Position numbers and translations under genes: made by a program. Of a stretch of DNA of 64,000 bases, positions 39,825 through 49,497 are shown one piece after another. This stretch comes from Myxococcales bacterium. GTDB lineage: Bacteria; Myxococcota_A; Polyangia; Polyangiales; DASUME01. The stretch's first letter is position 1; every line of letters starts with the position of its first letter. The notes beneath the pieces are model-generated. The model saw only the letters and a program-made list of their open reading frames with translations, made no database searches and was not told where the DNA came from. Location: assembly GCA_047601445.1 (NCBI GenBank), contig JASGJH010000001.1, forward strand, positions 1,120,001-1,184,000, written 5' to 3'.

Positions 39825-40274
39825 GTGGCGAGTCAGCCCTTCCTCCTCGTGCGCGCCGGCGCCTGGCTGTGTGCCTTGCCGCTGGGGTCCGTGCTCGAGA
39901 CCATGCGCGTGCTGCCGCACCGGAAGTTGCTCGGAGTGCCGAGCTACGTGCTGGGGGTTGGCTCGATTCGCGGAGAGCCCACGCCCATCGTGGCCCTTGG
40001 TGCGCTGCTCGAAGGCGGCGTGGCGGAGCCGTGTACGCGTCTGGTTACGGTGCGCAGTGCGCAGGGAAGGGTGGCACTGGGCGTCGCTGCGGTGGTAGGC
40101 GTTCGCCAGCTCGGTCGCGAGAGCAGCGCACCATGGGTCGGCGTGCTGTCGCAATTGCCGAGCTATCACGTGGAGTCCCTGACCCATCTCGACGGCGAGC
40201 TCTTGGCCGTCTTGAGTACGGCGAACCTGGTTCCGGAGGAGCTCGCGCAAGCTTTGCTCGCCGAGGGCAGATGA
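39825..40274 (+). CDS. cheW: CheW coupling protein (WspB-like)
   Basis: ALPL..V.E, P.YVLG...IRG...PIV.L. Confidence 0.85.
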   Translation: MASQPFLLVRAGAWLCALPLGSVLETMRVLPHRKLLGVPSYVLGVGSIRGEPTPIVALGALLEGGVAEPCTRLVTVRSAQGRVALGVAAVVGVRQLGRESSAPWVGVLSQLPSYHVESLTHLDGELLAVLSTANLVPEELAQALLAEGR

Positions 40275-41743
40275 CGGCAGCCAGGCGAGCGTACGCACGC
40301 GGCGCGGAGGTCCTCGAGGATCTCCTGGGATTTCGGCCAGAGCCGACTCGGGCCGACGACGTCGAGGAGGCGGTGCGTGAGCGTATCGCGCGCAGGCAGC
40401 TCGGGAGCCTGGACGCGTACGCGGAGCTCCTGGTCGATCCCCAACAGCGGCTGATCGAGGCCAGGGCCTTGGCGGACCTGGCGACGGTCAACGAAACGTA
40501 TTTTTATCGCGAGCCAGAGCATCAGGCGATTCTGCGCGCCTTGGCGGTGATGCCTGGGCGCACGGCGAGCGAGCGACAACCGCTGCGAGTCCTGTCTCTC
40601 GGCTGCTCGACGGGTGAGGAACCGTACACGGTGGCGTTGGTCCTGTCCGAGGCAGGCCTGGATCACGAGGCCGCGCGCATCCACGCCGTCGATGCCAGTC
40701 CCTCCGTGGTCGCGCGTGCCGAGCGCGGCGTCTACAGCGCTTGGTCGCTCAGAAACCTTCCGGAGCACCTGCGTGACCGCCACTTTACCCACCGCGGCGG
40801 CCAGTTCACTTTGAGCGAGAAGATTCGGCGCTACGTGCGCTTCGAGGCGAGAAATGCCCTCGAGGACGACAACCGTTTCTGGGACCGGCCGTCGTTCGAC
40901 GTGGTCTTCTGCCGAAACCTCCTCATCTACCTGACGCCACGCGCGGCCCGCACCGTGATTGAACGTTGCGCCCAGGTTCTCCACGCGGGCGGCTACTTGT
41001 TCCTTGCCCACAGCGAAACGGGTCACGCCGGGCGCCATTTCTCGGTGCAGTCTGCCCACGGCGCCTTCTACTTCGTGCGCAAGTCGGATGCCGCGCCGCT
41101 CGGTTCCGCATCTGCGCCGGCCGCTCGAGCCCCCACACGCCCTGCGCCGACCGGGGAGGCGTTGGTCGCGCAGCCGTCGCAGGCCTCGCCCGTCAGCGCC
41201 GTTGCGCCGCAGCACGAGCGGCCGTCTCTCGCCCGCACTCCTCGCTCGACGGGCCTCCCCGGGGAGCTCTGGCATCTGTGGCGCGAGGAGCGCTTCACGG
41301 AGTTGCGCGCGAAACTGCGCCTCATCCCATCACCGGGTACGGAGCTGATGCCGCTCATGGCTTCCCTGTCCATGCAAGAGGGCAAGCTGACCGAGGCACA
41401 CGAGTGTTGCGTCGCCATGTTGGCGTTCGAACCTGCCTGGGCGAGCGCACACCATCTGCTCGGTCTGATGTCGGAACAACGCGGTGAGACCCGAGAGGCG
41501 TGCCGGCATCATCTCAGGGCCGTCGCGCTGGATCCGGACTTTGCGCTACCCAGTTTGCGTGCGGGCATCCTGGCCCGGCGCCTGGGCGACCGCCCGCTGG
41601 CTCGCCGCCTGCTGCGCGAGGCGATTCGGCTGCTGCCCTTCCAGACCGCGGAGCACCTCGTGCTCTTTGCGGGTGGGTTCTCGGCGGAAGCTCTGGTCGC
41701 CCTCGCACGCGCGGAGCTGCAGGCCTGTGGAGGCGAGCCGTGA
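40271..41743 (+). CDS. cheR: CheR methyltransferase with C-terminal TPR (WspC-like)
   Basis: TVNETYFYRE, GCSTGEEPY and FCRNLLIYL motifs; TPR-like tail. Confidence 0.93.
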   Translation: MTAARRAYARGAEVLEDLLGFRPEPTRADDVEEAVRERIARRQLGSLDAYAELLVDPQQRLIEARALADLATVNETYFYREPEHQAILRALAVMPGRTASERQPLRVLSLGCSTGEEPYTVALVLSEAGLDHEAARIHAVDASPSVVARAERGVYSAWSLRNLPEHLRDRHFTHRGGQFTLSEKIRRYVRFEARNALEDDNRFWDRPSFDVVFCRNLLIYLTPRAARTVIERCAQVLHAGGYLFLAHSETGHAGRHFSVQSAHGAFYFVRKSDAAPLGSASAPAARAPTRPAPTGEALVAQPSQASPVSAVAPQHERPSLARTPRSTGLPGELWHLWREERFTELRAKLRLIPSPGTELMPLMASLSMQEGKLTEAHECCVAMLAFEPAWASAHHLLGLMSEQRGETREACRHHLRAVALDPDFALPSLRAGILARRLGDRPLARRLLREAIRLLPFQTAEHLVLFAGGFSAEALVALARAELQACGGEP

Positions 41744-42249
41744 CCGACCTGGCGTCCCAACTGGAGTCCCTGGCCCGTGCCTTCGATGAGCGCTTCGCGG
41801 CCCCCCAGCAATCGCCGTCCCAGGCTGTCGTGGACCTGCTCGAGGTCCGCTGTGCGAGCGAGCGGCTGGCGCTCGAAACGGGGCGCCTTCTCCTGGTGGA
41901 ACCCGCTCGGCGTGTGATCGCGGTGCCGGGCGCACCCGCAAGCTGCTCGGGGGTCGCTGGCGTCAGGGGCAAGCTGGTCGCGGTGTATCCGCTGCTGTCG
42001 TCATGTCGCCCAGGCCAGACTCCCTCCGGGGTCCTGTTGCTGACTCGCCTGGATCCCAGTCTTGCTTTCTTCGTGGATGCAGTGGAGCGCTATTCCCGCG
42101 TCGAGAGCGATCGGATCTCCGTCCTCCCGGCCGGTCCCGACGAGCCTTCGCGGGCCATCGCCAAGCTCGCGAGTGGTCCGGTGCCGCTCGTCAGCGTGGA
42201 CGACCTCGTACGCAAGATCTTGAGTGCGGCCGGAGGCGAGCATGCATGA
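41740..42249 (+). CDS. cheW: Second CheW (WspD-like)
   Basis: VPGAP....GVAGVRG.LV.VY. Confidence 0.8.
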   Translation: MTDLASQLESLARAFDERFAAPQQSPSQAVVDLLEVRCASERLALETGRLLLVEPARRVIAVPGAPASCSGVAGVRGKLVAVYPLLSSCRPGQTPSGVLLLTRLDPSLAFFVDAVERYSRVESDRISVLPAGPDEPSRAIAKLASGPVPLVSVDDLVRKILSAAGGEHA

Positions 42250-44236
42250 CGCCAGCCACTATTTCCGGCTCGAATCCTCCGAGCTCGTCGATGCGCTCGA
42301 GCGTGGTCTGCTGGCTCAAGCGCAGGGCTCCGGCAATCTCAACGAGCTCTTCCGCCAGGCCCACACGCTGAAAGGCGCGGCGCGCGTCGTCGGTGAAGAC
42401 GCCATCGCGGACCTCTCCCACACCCTGGAGGACGTGCTGGCGCACCACCGCGAGCGGCGAGAACCCCTCGGACACCGGGAAATCTCGGAGCTGCTGCGTC
42501 TCGTCGACGCCGTGAAAGGGCTTCTCTCGCGAGGTTCTGTCGCCCAAGGGGAAGGTTCGGTGGCGGCACCCGCCGCGCGCCCGGGCGACGAGCTCCTCCG
42601 CATCCCGTCCGCCGAGATGGACGAGCTCGCGGCGCAAGTCCTGGACACGCAGGTGCATGCCACGAGCTTGCGCAAGGAGCTCAAGCGCCTGCAGGAGTTG
42701 CGGACGGCGACCGTGGCGCTCGTACGACAGGCGAGCGGCATCGAAAGCCTGACGGCTCGCGTGCGGGCAGGGCTCGAAGATCTGATCTCGGGAATGAACG
42801 AGCGGCACGACTCGCTGCGCGCCCTGTCCGACCAGCTCGAGCTCGACCTGAGGCAACTCACCGACCGTTCCTCGAGTCTACGCCTTCTTGAACTGAGTGG
42901 TCTGCTGGCGGAGCTCGAGCGGAGCGTCCACGACACGGCCCAGACCTTCGAGCGCAGCGTCGCCTTTACTCACAGCGGGCTCGATGTTCGTGTCGATGGT
43001 CCCATCTACGGCCTGCTGCGCGTCGCCCTGGGACACCTCGCACGCAACGCGGTCGCGCATGGAATCGAAGCCCCGGAGCTCAGGCGCGAGCTTGGGAAGC
43101 CCAGCGCGGGCAGCGTTCACCTCGCGGTGCAGCGAGAAGGCAATCGCTTGCGCGTCACACTCAGCGACGACGGGCGTGGCATCGACCGCGATGCCGTCAC
43201 ACGGGCCGCGGAGCGCATGGGCCTGCCGGTGGATCCGAAAGCCGATCCCAGGGAAGTCGAGGCCTGGATCTTCGCACCGGGGCTCAGCACGGCGAGTCGG
43301 CTCACCGATCACGCCGGGCGTGGCGTGGGCCTCGACGCGGTGCGCGACGCCATCGAGCGTTGCAAGGGGAGCGTGCGCGTGGAGAGCACCTCACGCATTG
43401 GGACGCGGTTCGAGCTCATCGTTCCCGTTTCGGTGACCGCGCTGACCACGCTCTCCATCGAGGTTTCCGGCGCGACCTATCTGGTGCCGTTGCACAGCGT
43501 CCGGGCCGCCTGCCTCCTCGGTGAAGCCGATGTCGTTCGCGACGGCGACCGTTCGTTCGTCATGCATCAGGGCGAAGCCATCCCGTTGCGGCGGCTGACG
43601 TCGACGCTGACCGAATCGGGAACGGAGAAGGGCAGCCTGCGGGCGGTGGTCGTCGTCGAGGCACGTGGGCAAAGACTGGCGCTGGGAGTCGGCGCCATCC
43701 GCAGCACCCGTGACGTCATCGTTCGGAGCCTGCCGAAGGCGGCGGGACAATCCTCGCTGTTTCTCGGCGCCGCGTTCGACGAATCCGGTCACCCAGAGCT
43801 GGTGCTGTCCACCGATGCGTTGGGCAGCTTGCCCGAGCACGGTACCTCCGCGAATGTGGTGCGCCCCCGACGCAAACCCGTCCTGGTCATCGACGATTCG
43901 CTCACCACGCGCATGCTCGAGCAGAGCATCCTGGATGCCGCCGGCTACGAGGTCGAACTCGCGTCCTCCGCCGAGGAAGGGCTCGACAAGGCACTCGCGC
44001 TCGATTTCGGTCTGATCATCGTCGACGTCGAGATGCCCGGAATGAACGGCTATCAGTTCACGCGCGCCGCTCGGGGTACGCCCAAGCTCAAGGACCTTCC
44101 CATCATCATGGTTACCTCATTGTTCAGCGAGGAAAGCCGTCGCAACGCGCGCGAGGCGGGCGTGTCGGCCTATATCGTCAAGGGAGAGTTCGACCAGGGA
44201 CGCTTCCTCGGAAGGGTCGCAGAGTACCTGCCATGA
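42242..44236 (+). CDS. cheA: CheA-REC hybrid histidine kinase (WspE-like)
   Basis: Hpt FRQAHTLKGAAR, HLARNAVAHG, DDGRG, GRGVGLD, a CheW domain and a C-terminal REC. Confidence 0.95.
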   Translation: MHDASHYFRLESSELVDALERGLLAQAQGSGNLNELFRQAHTLKGAARVVGEDAIADLSHTLEDVLAHHRERREPLGHREISELLRLVDAVKGLLSRGSVAQGEGSVAAPAARPGDELLRIPSAEMDELAAQVLDTQVHATSLRKELKRLQELRTATVALVRQASGIESLTARVRAGLEDLISGMNERHDSLRALSDQLELDLRQLTDRSSSLRLLELSGLLAELERSVHDTAQTFERSVAFTHSGLDVRVDGPIYGLLRVALGHLARNAVAHGIEAPELRRELGKPSAGSVHLAVQREGNRLRVTLSDDGRGIDRDAVTRAAERMGLPVDPKADPREVEAWIFAPGLSTASRLTDHAGRGVGLDAVRDAIERCKGSVRVESTSRIGTRFELIVPVSVTALTTLSIEVSGATYLVPLHSVRAACLLGEADVVRDGDRSFVMHQGEAIPLRRLTSTLTESGTEKGSLRAVVVVEARGQRLALGVGAIRSTRDVIVRSLPKAAGQSSLFLGAAFDESGHPELVLSTDALGSLPEHGTSANVVRPRRKPVLVIDDSLTTRMLEQSILDAAGYEVELASSAEEGLDKALALDFGLIIVDVEMPGMNGYQFTRAARGTPKLKDLPIIMVTSLFSEESRRNAREAGVSAYIVKGEFDQGRFLGRVAEYLP

Positions 44237-45288
44237 CCACGCCCAAGCCGCTCCGTGTCATTGTCGCCGACGACTCAATCACGGTCCGAAAGAGCCTGAT
44301 CCGAGCCCTTGCTCAGGCTTCGGACATCGAGGTGATCGCGGAGGCCGCCGACGGTCGGCAGCTCGTCGACCTTTGCACCCGACTGCGGCCCGACGTGATC
44401 ACGATGGACGTCGTGATGCCTGGTATGGATGGCGTCCACGCGACCGAAGAGATTATGGCCCGTGTGCCAACTCCGATCCTGGTGGTGTCCGCTGCCGAGA
44501 ACCGAGGGGAGAACTTCACGACCCTGAGCGCGCTCGCGGCAGGCGCCGTGGAGGTCCTCGAGAAGCCCCGTGAGTCCGGCAAACTGGCGAGCTTCGAGGA
44601 GGCGCTGCGGCGCACGGTCCGCCTGGTGGCGCGAATCCCCGTCATCACGCGTCCGCGCGGCTGGCTGCAACCGCGCGCCTTCGCCGCCCCGGCGCCAGCC
44701 TGGTCCGGTTCGGCGCGCCTGGTCGCCATCGGGGCGTCGACGGGGGGCCCAGCGGTGCTGGCTCAGATCCTGACCGGTCTGCCCCGCGACTATCCTCTGC
44801 CCATCCTGTTGGTCATGCACATCGGCCCGGCCTTCGGTTTCGCACTCTCCGAGTGGCTCGACGGGATGAGCAAGCTCAAGGTGCAGCAGGTCCAGGACGG
44901 AGAACGACTCGCGGTCGGCCGCGTGCACGTCTGCCCGCCGGATCGGCACCTGATCCTGCGTGACGAGCGCCTCTTTCTTACGTCCGATCCGGAGCGCCAT
45001 TCCTGCCGCCCCTCGGTCGACGTTCTGTTCGAATCCGTCGCCGGGCAATGTGGCCGCCAGGCCGTGGGGTGCTTGCTCACCGGTATCGGCCGCGACGGCG
45101 CTCAGGGGCTTCTCGCCATGCAGCGCGCCGGTGCGCTCACCATCGCACAGGACGAGGCGTCGAGCGCCGTGTTCGGGATGCCACGCGAGGCCATCGCGCT
45201 CGGGGCCGCCGACCTGGTCGGGAACCCGCAACAAATCACGGGCCACCTCCTGGGCTTGATCAATCGTCAGAACGCCAGCTGGAGCTGA
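44233..45288 (+). CDS. cheB: CheB methylesterase (WspF-like)
   Basis: REC domain plus GASTGGP, VMH, RPSVDVLF and GRDGA motifs. Confidence 0.95.
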   Translation: MTTPKPLRVIVADDSITVRKSLIRALAQASDIEVIAEAADGRQLVDLCTRLRPDVITMDVVMPGMDGVHATEEIMARVPTPILVVSAAENRGENFTTLSALAAGAVEVLEKPRESGKLASFEEALRRTVRLVARIPVITRPRGWLQPRAFAAPAPAWSGSARLVAIGASTGGPAVLAQILTGLPRDYPLPILLVMHIGPAFGFALSEWLDGMSKLKVQQVQDGERLAVGRVHVCPPDRHLILRDERLFLTSDPERHSCRPSVDVLFESVAGQCGRQAVGCLLTGIGRDGAQGLLAMQRAGALTIAQDEASSAVFGMPREAIALGAADLVGNPQQITGHLLGLINRQNASWS

Positions 45289-46583
45289 CTGCGCGCGCGC
45301 ACCAGGTCGTCCTGACGCACGTCCGCGCTGGCCACCTTGCCCGTGCGGATGAGTTCGACGTCGGACTGCCAGGCCAAGCTGCGCCCGATGATGTAGACGT
45401 TGAAGCCGATGCCGATCTCCTCGCGCGCCAAGATCATCCCCGCGTTCGCGTACTGATCCTGCAGGTCTGCCTGCTCCGCGGGGGCTGCCGCCGCGATGGC
45501 GCGGGCGGCCCGCGTGCGGGCGTCCGCGCGTAGCCTTCGGGGCGTGTCGACGCGGCTGTAGCGCGCCGCAAGCTCGAACCGCGCATCGAAGCGATAGGTG
45601 GCTTCGAGGGTCGCGCCCAGGAGACCCACACGATCGCGGCCATCGGTCGCCTCGAACATGCTGCCGAATCCGACCAGGTTGCAGGAGAGATGACGGTACT
45701 TGAGCAGGACCTCGGGGGAGAGCCGCGCCAAGAAGTCCTGGCCGAGCTCCGGCTTGGCGTCCCAGGTTCCACTGATCGCCACGAAGCTTCGAAGTCCTCC
45801 TCCTTCCAGGTCCGTCACCGCGGTGGCGTCCATGCCTCGGCTCGAATAGCCGAGAAGGCCGGCGAGCTCCGGGTGTAGCGTCGTGGGGAGTGGGGAGCTG
45901 CGGAAGCTCGAACGGTTGGGGAGCGACTCGCCGTAGGTGTCCGCCATCCCTTTGGCGAAGGCGCTCCGCGCGTTCACACCGGAGAAGATGCCCAGGGAGT
46001 AGTTGACGTGACCATCGCCACGCATTCCGTCGTGGAGCTGGAACCCGATCTGGCGCTCCGCGCCGAATGCCACCGCCGCGATGTCCCACTCGACCATCGG
46101 AAGCAGCGTAAACGACTGCCCGCGGTGACGCGTGAAGGGAAGTTTTTGCTGTCCGATGCGGAGGCGAGCTGCAGGATTGAGTGCGTACTCTCCCCACAGG
46201 TCCACGAGTTCCGGTGAGCTGGGCGACAGACTGAACTGAACCAGGGTTCGGATGCGGTCGTCCAGGAAGGAACCCCGCAGATACAGCCGCACGCGCCGCA
46301 GCTCCACGGTGGTCTCGGTCTCACGCGGGCCATCTCCGACCCGCGTTCCCTCGTCACGGCCCTGGTTCGCGACATTCAGTCGAAGTTGCCCGGCAAACCC
46401 GAGGCCGAGCTTCGAACCATCCTTCGCCACGAACTCGTAAGGTCCCAGCTTGCTCGGCGGCGGTGCGGCCGCCGGCTCGGGCGCTTTCGCCGCTGTCTTC
46501 TGTTCCGTTATCGCTTGCGCCCTGACAACCGTGGCCCAGCAGCTGCAAAGGCAGCCGACGAGAACCCATACTACGAACTGCAT
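45267..46583 (-). CDS. OprO/OprP-like porin
   Basis: Signal peptide, ELRRVRL, LRIGQ.K.PF, terminal QLQLAF. Its 3' end overlaps cheB by 22 nt. Confidence 0.8.
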   Translation of the reverse strand: MQFVVWVLVGCLCSCWATVVRAQAITEQKTAAKAPEPAAAPPPSKLGPYEFVAKDGSKLGLGFAGQLRLNVANQGRDEGTRVGDGPRETETTVELRRVRLYLRGSFLDDRIRTLVQFSLSPSSPELVDLWGEYALNPAARLRIGQQKLPFTRHRGQSFTLLPMVEWDIAAVAFGAERQIGFQLHDGMRGDGHVNYSLGIFSGVNARSAFAKGMADTYGESLPNRSSFRSSPLPTTLHPELAGLLGYSSRGMDATAVTDLEGGGLRSFVAISGTWDAKPELGQDFLARLSPEVLLKYRHLSCNLVGFGSMFEATDGRDRVGLLGATLEATYRFDARFELAARYSRVDTPRRLRADARTRAARAIAAAAPAEQADLQDQYANAGMILAREEIGIGFNVYIIGRSLAWQSDVELIRTGKVASADVRQDDLVRARSQLQLAF

Positions 46584-46858
46584 CCGTCCCCCGCCTGCGA
46601 TTGTCCTACGGGAAAAATCGGGCAATCAAGGGGTGCTTCCCGGGTCTTTCAGGTCGAGCAGAAGTAAGCATACGGTCGCGTGTGAGAGCGAGTGAAGTAA
46701 GGAAAAGACACTACACAGGGAAGGGCTGCTCTGGCTCGCCCGAGCCACGCGACTCGAATCGAGTCTCACTTTGCTCGAAGCTGCGGACGCTCGAATAACC
46801 AATTCAGATTGCCGCTCGCACGCGCGCAGAGATATCCTGTTCTGGGGAGTTCGAACCG

Positions 46859-48046
46859 TTGACTCAAATCAAGACAGGTCGCAGCACCAGCTCGAATCCG
46901 GAGCGGGCAGTTCTCGAAGTACTCGAGCAAATCGCCCCCAAAGACGCTGGCCTGGTCGTCTACTTTGCACCCGCTTCACTCGATCAAGCGCGCGTGCAGC
47001 AAGCGTTCGCGAAGGCCCTGGGCGGCACGCCGTTCATCGGTGGTTCCTCGTTGCACATGACGGTTCCCTTACTCACGATGAGACACAACATCGCGAGCGA
47101 TGGATTCTGCGACGGCCTCTGCGCGCTTAGCCTCGGATCGTCCGGGGTGATGGCGGACGTCGATCTCGTCCAGGACGTCGCACAGCCGGGAGCCGTCGAA
47201 GCCGCCGTCGCCGCTCTACAACGTCTCGCCTCCCGCGCTGGCTTGCAGCTGGACCAGCCCGAAATCGAGGGCCACTTTCTGCTGGTCCTGTGCGACGGAC
47301 CTTCCGGGCACGCAGACGCGATCCTCGACGGGCTGTTCATGGCCGCCCCCGGGCTGCAGATCGTGGGCGGTGGAACCGCGGGCACCTTCAGCTTCGCCAC
47401 CGGACAACCACGCTCAGGCTCCGTTCACACCGCGGGGGGCTGCCACCACCGCGGCGCGGCGCTCGCTCTGATCCGAGTCGCCGGGCCCTTCGTGACCAAG
47501 ATGGTGACCAGCTACCGCCCCACGGCGAAGCAGTTCGAGGTCACCAAAGCCTCGGGCAAGGTCGTGTCGGAGCTGAACGGAAACCCTGCAGCACGCGAGT
47601 ACGCGCGGGCGCTCGGTGTGCCGGCCTGGAAACTCGGCTACTCGCGCTTGCCCAACTTCCGGCTCTTTCTGCGCAATCCGGTCGGTCTGGTGGTGGATGG
47701 GCAGCCCTATCTGCGCGGCATCAGCGCGCGCTCTGGAGACGACCTGCGCGTCGTCGTCGGCGACATGGCACCCGGGCAGGTCCTTCGGTTGATGGAACCC
47801 GGCGATCTGGTGACCGAGACACGCAAAGTCATCGAGCAGACGCACGCGGAGCTCGGCGCGCTTTCTGGAGCGCTGCTCTTCAGCTGCGCCTATCGAGAGC
47901 TCGAGGCCGACATCTTGGGCACGCAAAACGAGCTCTTCCAGGCGCTCAAGCTCGGTCCAATGGCGGGGCTCATCTCGTTCGGAGAGTACTTTCGGGGGCT
48001 CGCCGTCGAACAAACCCTGACACTGGTCGCCTTTGGTAAGACCTGA
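46859..48046 (+). CDS. FIST N/C domain signal-transduction protein (NosP-like)
   Basis: GGSS, L.DG, GGGTAG, V.ELNG.PA..EY, FSCAYR and SFGE motifs. Confidence 0.88.
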   Translation: MTQIKTGRSTSSNPERAVLEVLEQIAPKDAGLVVYFAPASLDQARVQQAFAKALGGTPFIGGSSLHMTVPLLTMRHNIASDGFCDGLCALSLGSSGVMADVDLVQDVAQPGAVEAAVAALQRLASRAGLQLDQPEIEGHFLLVLCDGPSGHADAILDGLFMAAPGLQIVGGGTAGTFSFATGQPRSGSVHTAGGCHHRGAALALIRVAGPFVTKMVTSYRPTAKQFEVTKASGKVVSELNGNPAAREYARALGVPAWKLGYSRLPNFRLFLRNPVGLVVDGQPYLRGISARSGDDLRVVVGDMAPGQVLRLMEPGDLVTETRKVIEQTHAELGALSGALLFSCAYRELEADILGTQNELFQALKLGPMAGLISFGEYFRGLAVEQTLTLVAFGKT

Positions 48047-48051
48047 AGCCC

Positions 48052-48240
48052 ATGCCAGGAGAAACGGAGTCACTTCTCACGTTCCTGCGTGCCAAGCACT
48101 CGCCGTTCCTGGTGGCGCGGGTGTTCTTGAAGCTTGGACGTGAGGTTCCGGACCGGTTCAAGACCGCCGAGGACGATCACGCCATGGCGGACCTGATACG
48201 CAAGACCTGCCTGGCTTTGGGCATCAAGGAACTGCCCTGA
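48052..48240 (+). CDS. Small hypothetical helical protein (62 aa)
   Basis: ATG 5 nt after the FIST stop; GC3-biased codons; fills the gap before a convergent gene. Confidence 0.6.
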   Translation: MPGETESLLTFLRAKHSPFLVARVFLKLGREVPDRFKTAEDDHAMADLIRKTCLALGIKELP

Positions 48241-48270
48241 GGCTCGACGTCGCAGCTGTCGCGACGGCCC

Positions 48271-49497
48271 TTAGAGAACTCTCGCGATAGTCCGGAAGAG
48301 CTCGATAGTCTGGATCTCGCGGTAGGCGCTCTCGTCCCAACCCAGCGCATATCCGCTGAAGGCCGACAACTTGACGATGACGACATTGCGCGTCGGGTTC
48401 ACGTAGACGAACTGGTTGTAGATGCCGATGGCGGAGAACTCGCGCTCGCTGCCGGCCGGGATCCACCACTGAAAGCCGTAGCCGACGGGGAACGGGTCGT
48501 TCGCCTTCGCTTCTGGCGTGAGGTGAGGCGCGTCGGGCGTGATGGACGCGTCGACCCAGGCCTGCGGGACGAGCTGTTTGCCGCGCCAGGTACCGCGCTG
48601 ACGATACAGCTCACCGATCTTGGCGTAGTCCCGCGCGGTCGCGTTGAGACCGCCGAAGACCATCTCCATGCCTGCATCGTCGGTCAACCAGTACCCGGTA
48701 CTCTCCATGCCGAGCGGTTCCCAGAGCTTCTCTCGCATGTAGTCGGTGACCGAGCGGCCCGTGGCCTTCGCAAGCAGCATGCCCAGCGCGTGCGTGTCGG
48801 CCGAGCTGTAGTGATTGAGCGTTCCGGGCTTCCGCGCGCGCTGCAGGGAGGCGGTAAATGCGTCGAGTGACCCCCCGAGGAACATCACGGTGCCGAAGCG
48901 ATTGACGTCGCTAAACGGGTTGGCATAGGTCTCGTCCCAGCTCACGCCCGAGGACATCTGGAGCACGTCCTTGATGCGCACGCCGTCGTACCCCGAGCTT
49001 CGCAGGGCAGGCACATACTTGCTGATGGGTTCCTCGATGCTCGCGATGTGTCCCTCGCCGACGGCAATGCCGACCAGCGCAGAAACGAAGCTCTTGGCAA
49101 CCGACCACGAGAGCCAGTGCACGTCGGGGCCGCCGGTCAGGTCATAGCGCTCGTAACGGACCTTCCCATCTTTGAGGACCAGGAGCGCGCTGGTATCGGT
49201 CTCGGCGAGAAAGTCTTCGACGGTGGTTGTCTTCCCCTTGTAGGCGAAGGCAACGGGCAACTGCGTCGGCTCGCCTCGGGGAAACTGAAAGGGTGCACGC
49301 GACCGCGGCATGGTCGAGGCGGGAAACAGCTGCGCGGCGCGGCTGAAGTTCTCCGCTTGCTCGGCGCCATGGAAGAGCGTTACCCCCATGGCGATGCGAC
49401 CCGGGCCCCGACGGTACAGGACCACGCCTGCCATGGCGACGAAGCCGCTGATCAGCGCGATGGCCAGGAGGCCCTTCTTGGAGCGCAACGTATTCAT
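48271..49497 (-). CDS. Serine hydrolase, beta-lactamase-related (6-aminohexanoate-dimer hydrolase-like)
   Basis: SWSVAKS (SxxK), YSS, LWEPLGME and ARDYAKIG motifs; N-terminal TM helix. Confidence 0.9.
   Translation of the reverse strand: MNTLRSKKGLLAIALISGFVAMAGVVLYRRGPGRIAMGVTLFHGAEQAENFSRAAQLFPASTMPRSRAPFQFPRGEPTQLPVAFAYKGKTTTVEDFLAETDTSALLVLKDGKVRYERYDLTGGPDVHWLSWSVAKSFVSALVGIAVGEGHIASIEEPISKYVPALRSSGYDGVRIKDVLQMSSGVSWDETYANPFSDVNRFGTVMFLGGSLDAFTASLQRARKPGTLNHYSSADTHALGMLLAKATGRSVTDYMREKLWEPLGMESTGYWLTDDAGMEMVFGGLNATARDYAKIGELYRQRGTWRGKQLVPQAWVDASITPDAPHLTPEAKANDPFPVGYGFQWWIPAGSEREFSAIGIYNQFVYVNPTRNVVIVKLSAFSGYALGWDESAYREIQTIELFRTIARVL

Noticed and set aside
46840..46862. GTTCGAA T-loop-like motif suggesting a tRNA or att site
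   Set aside because: No cloverleaf, acceptor stem or nearby integrase. It coincides with the FIST ribosome-binding region.
48271..49497. Beta-lactam resistance gene
   Set aside because: SxxK is present, but the YSS and other motifs fit esterase/amidase (NylB-like) members rather than class A or C beta-lactamases.
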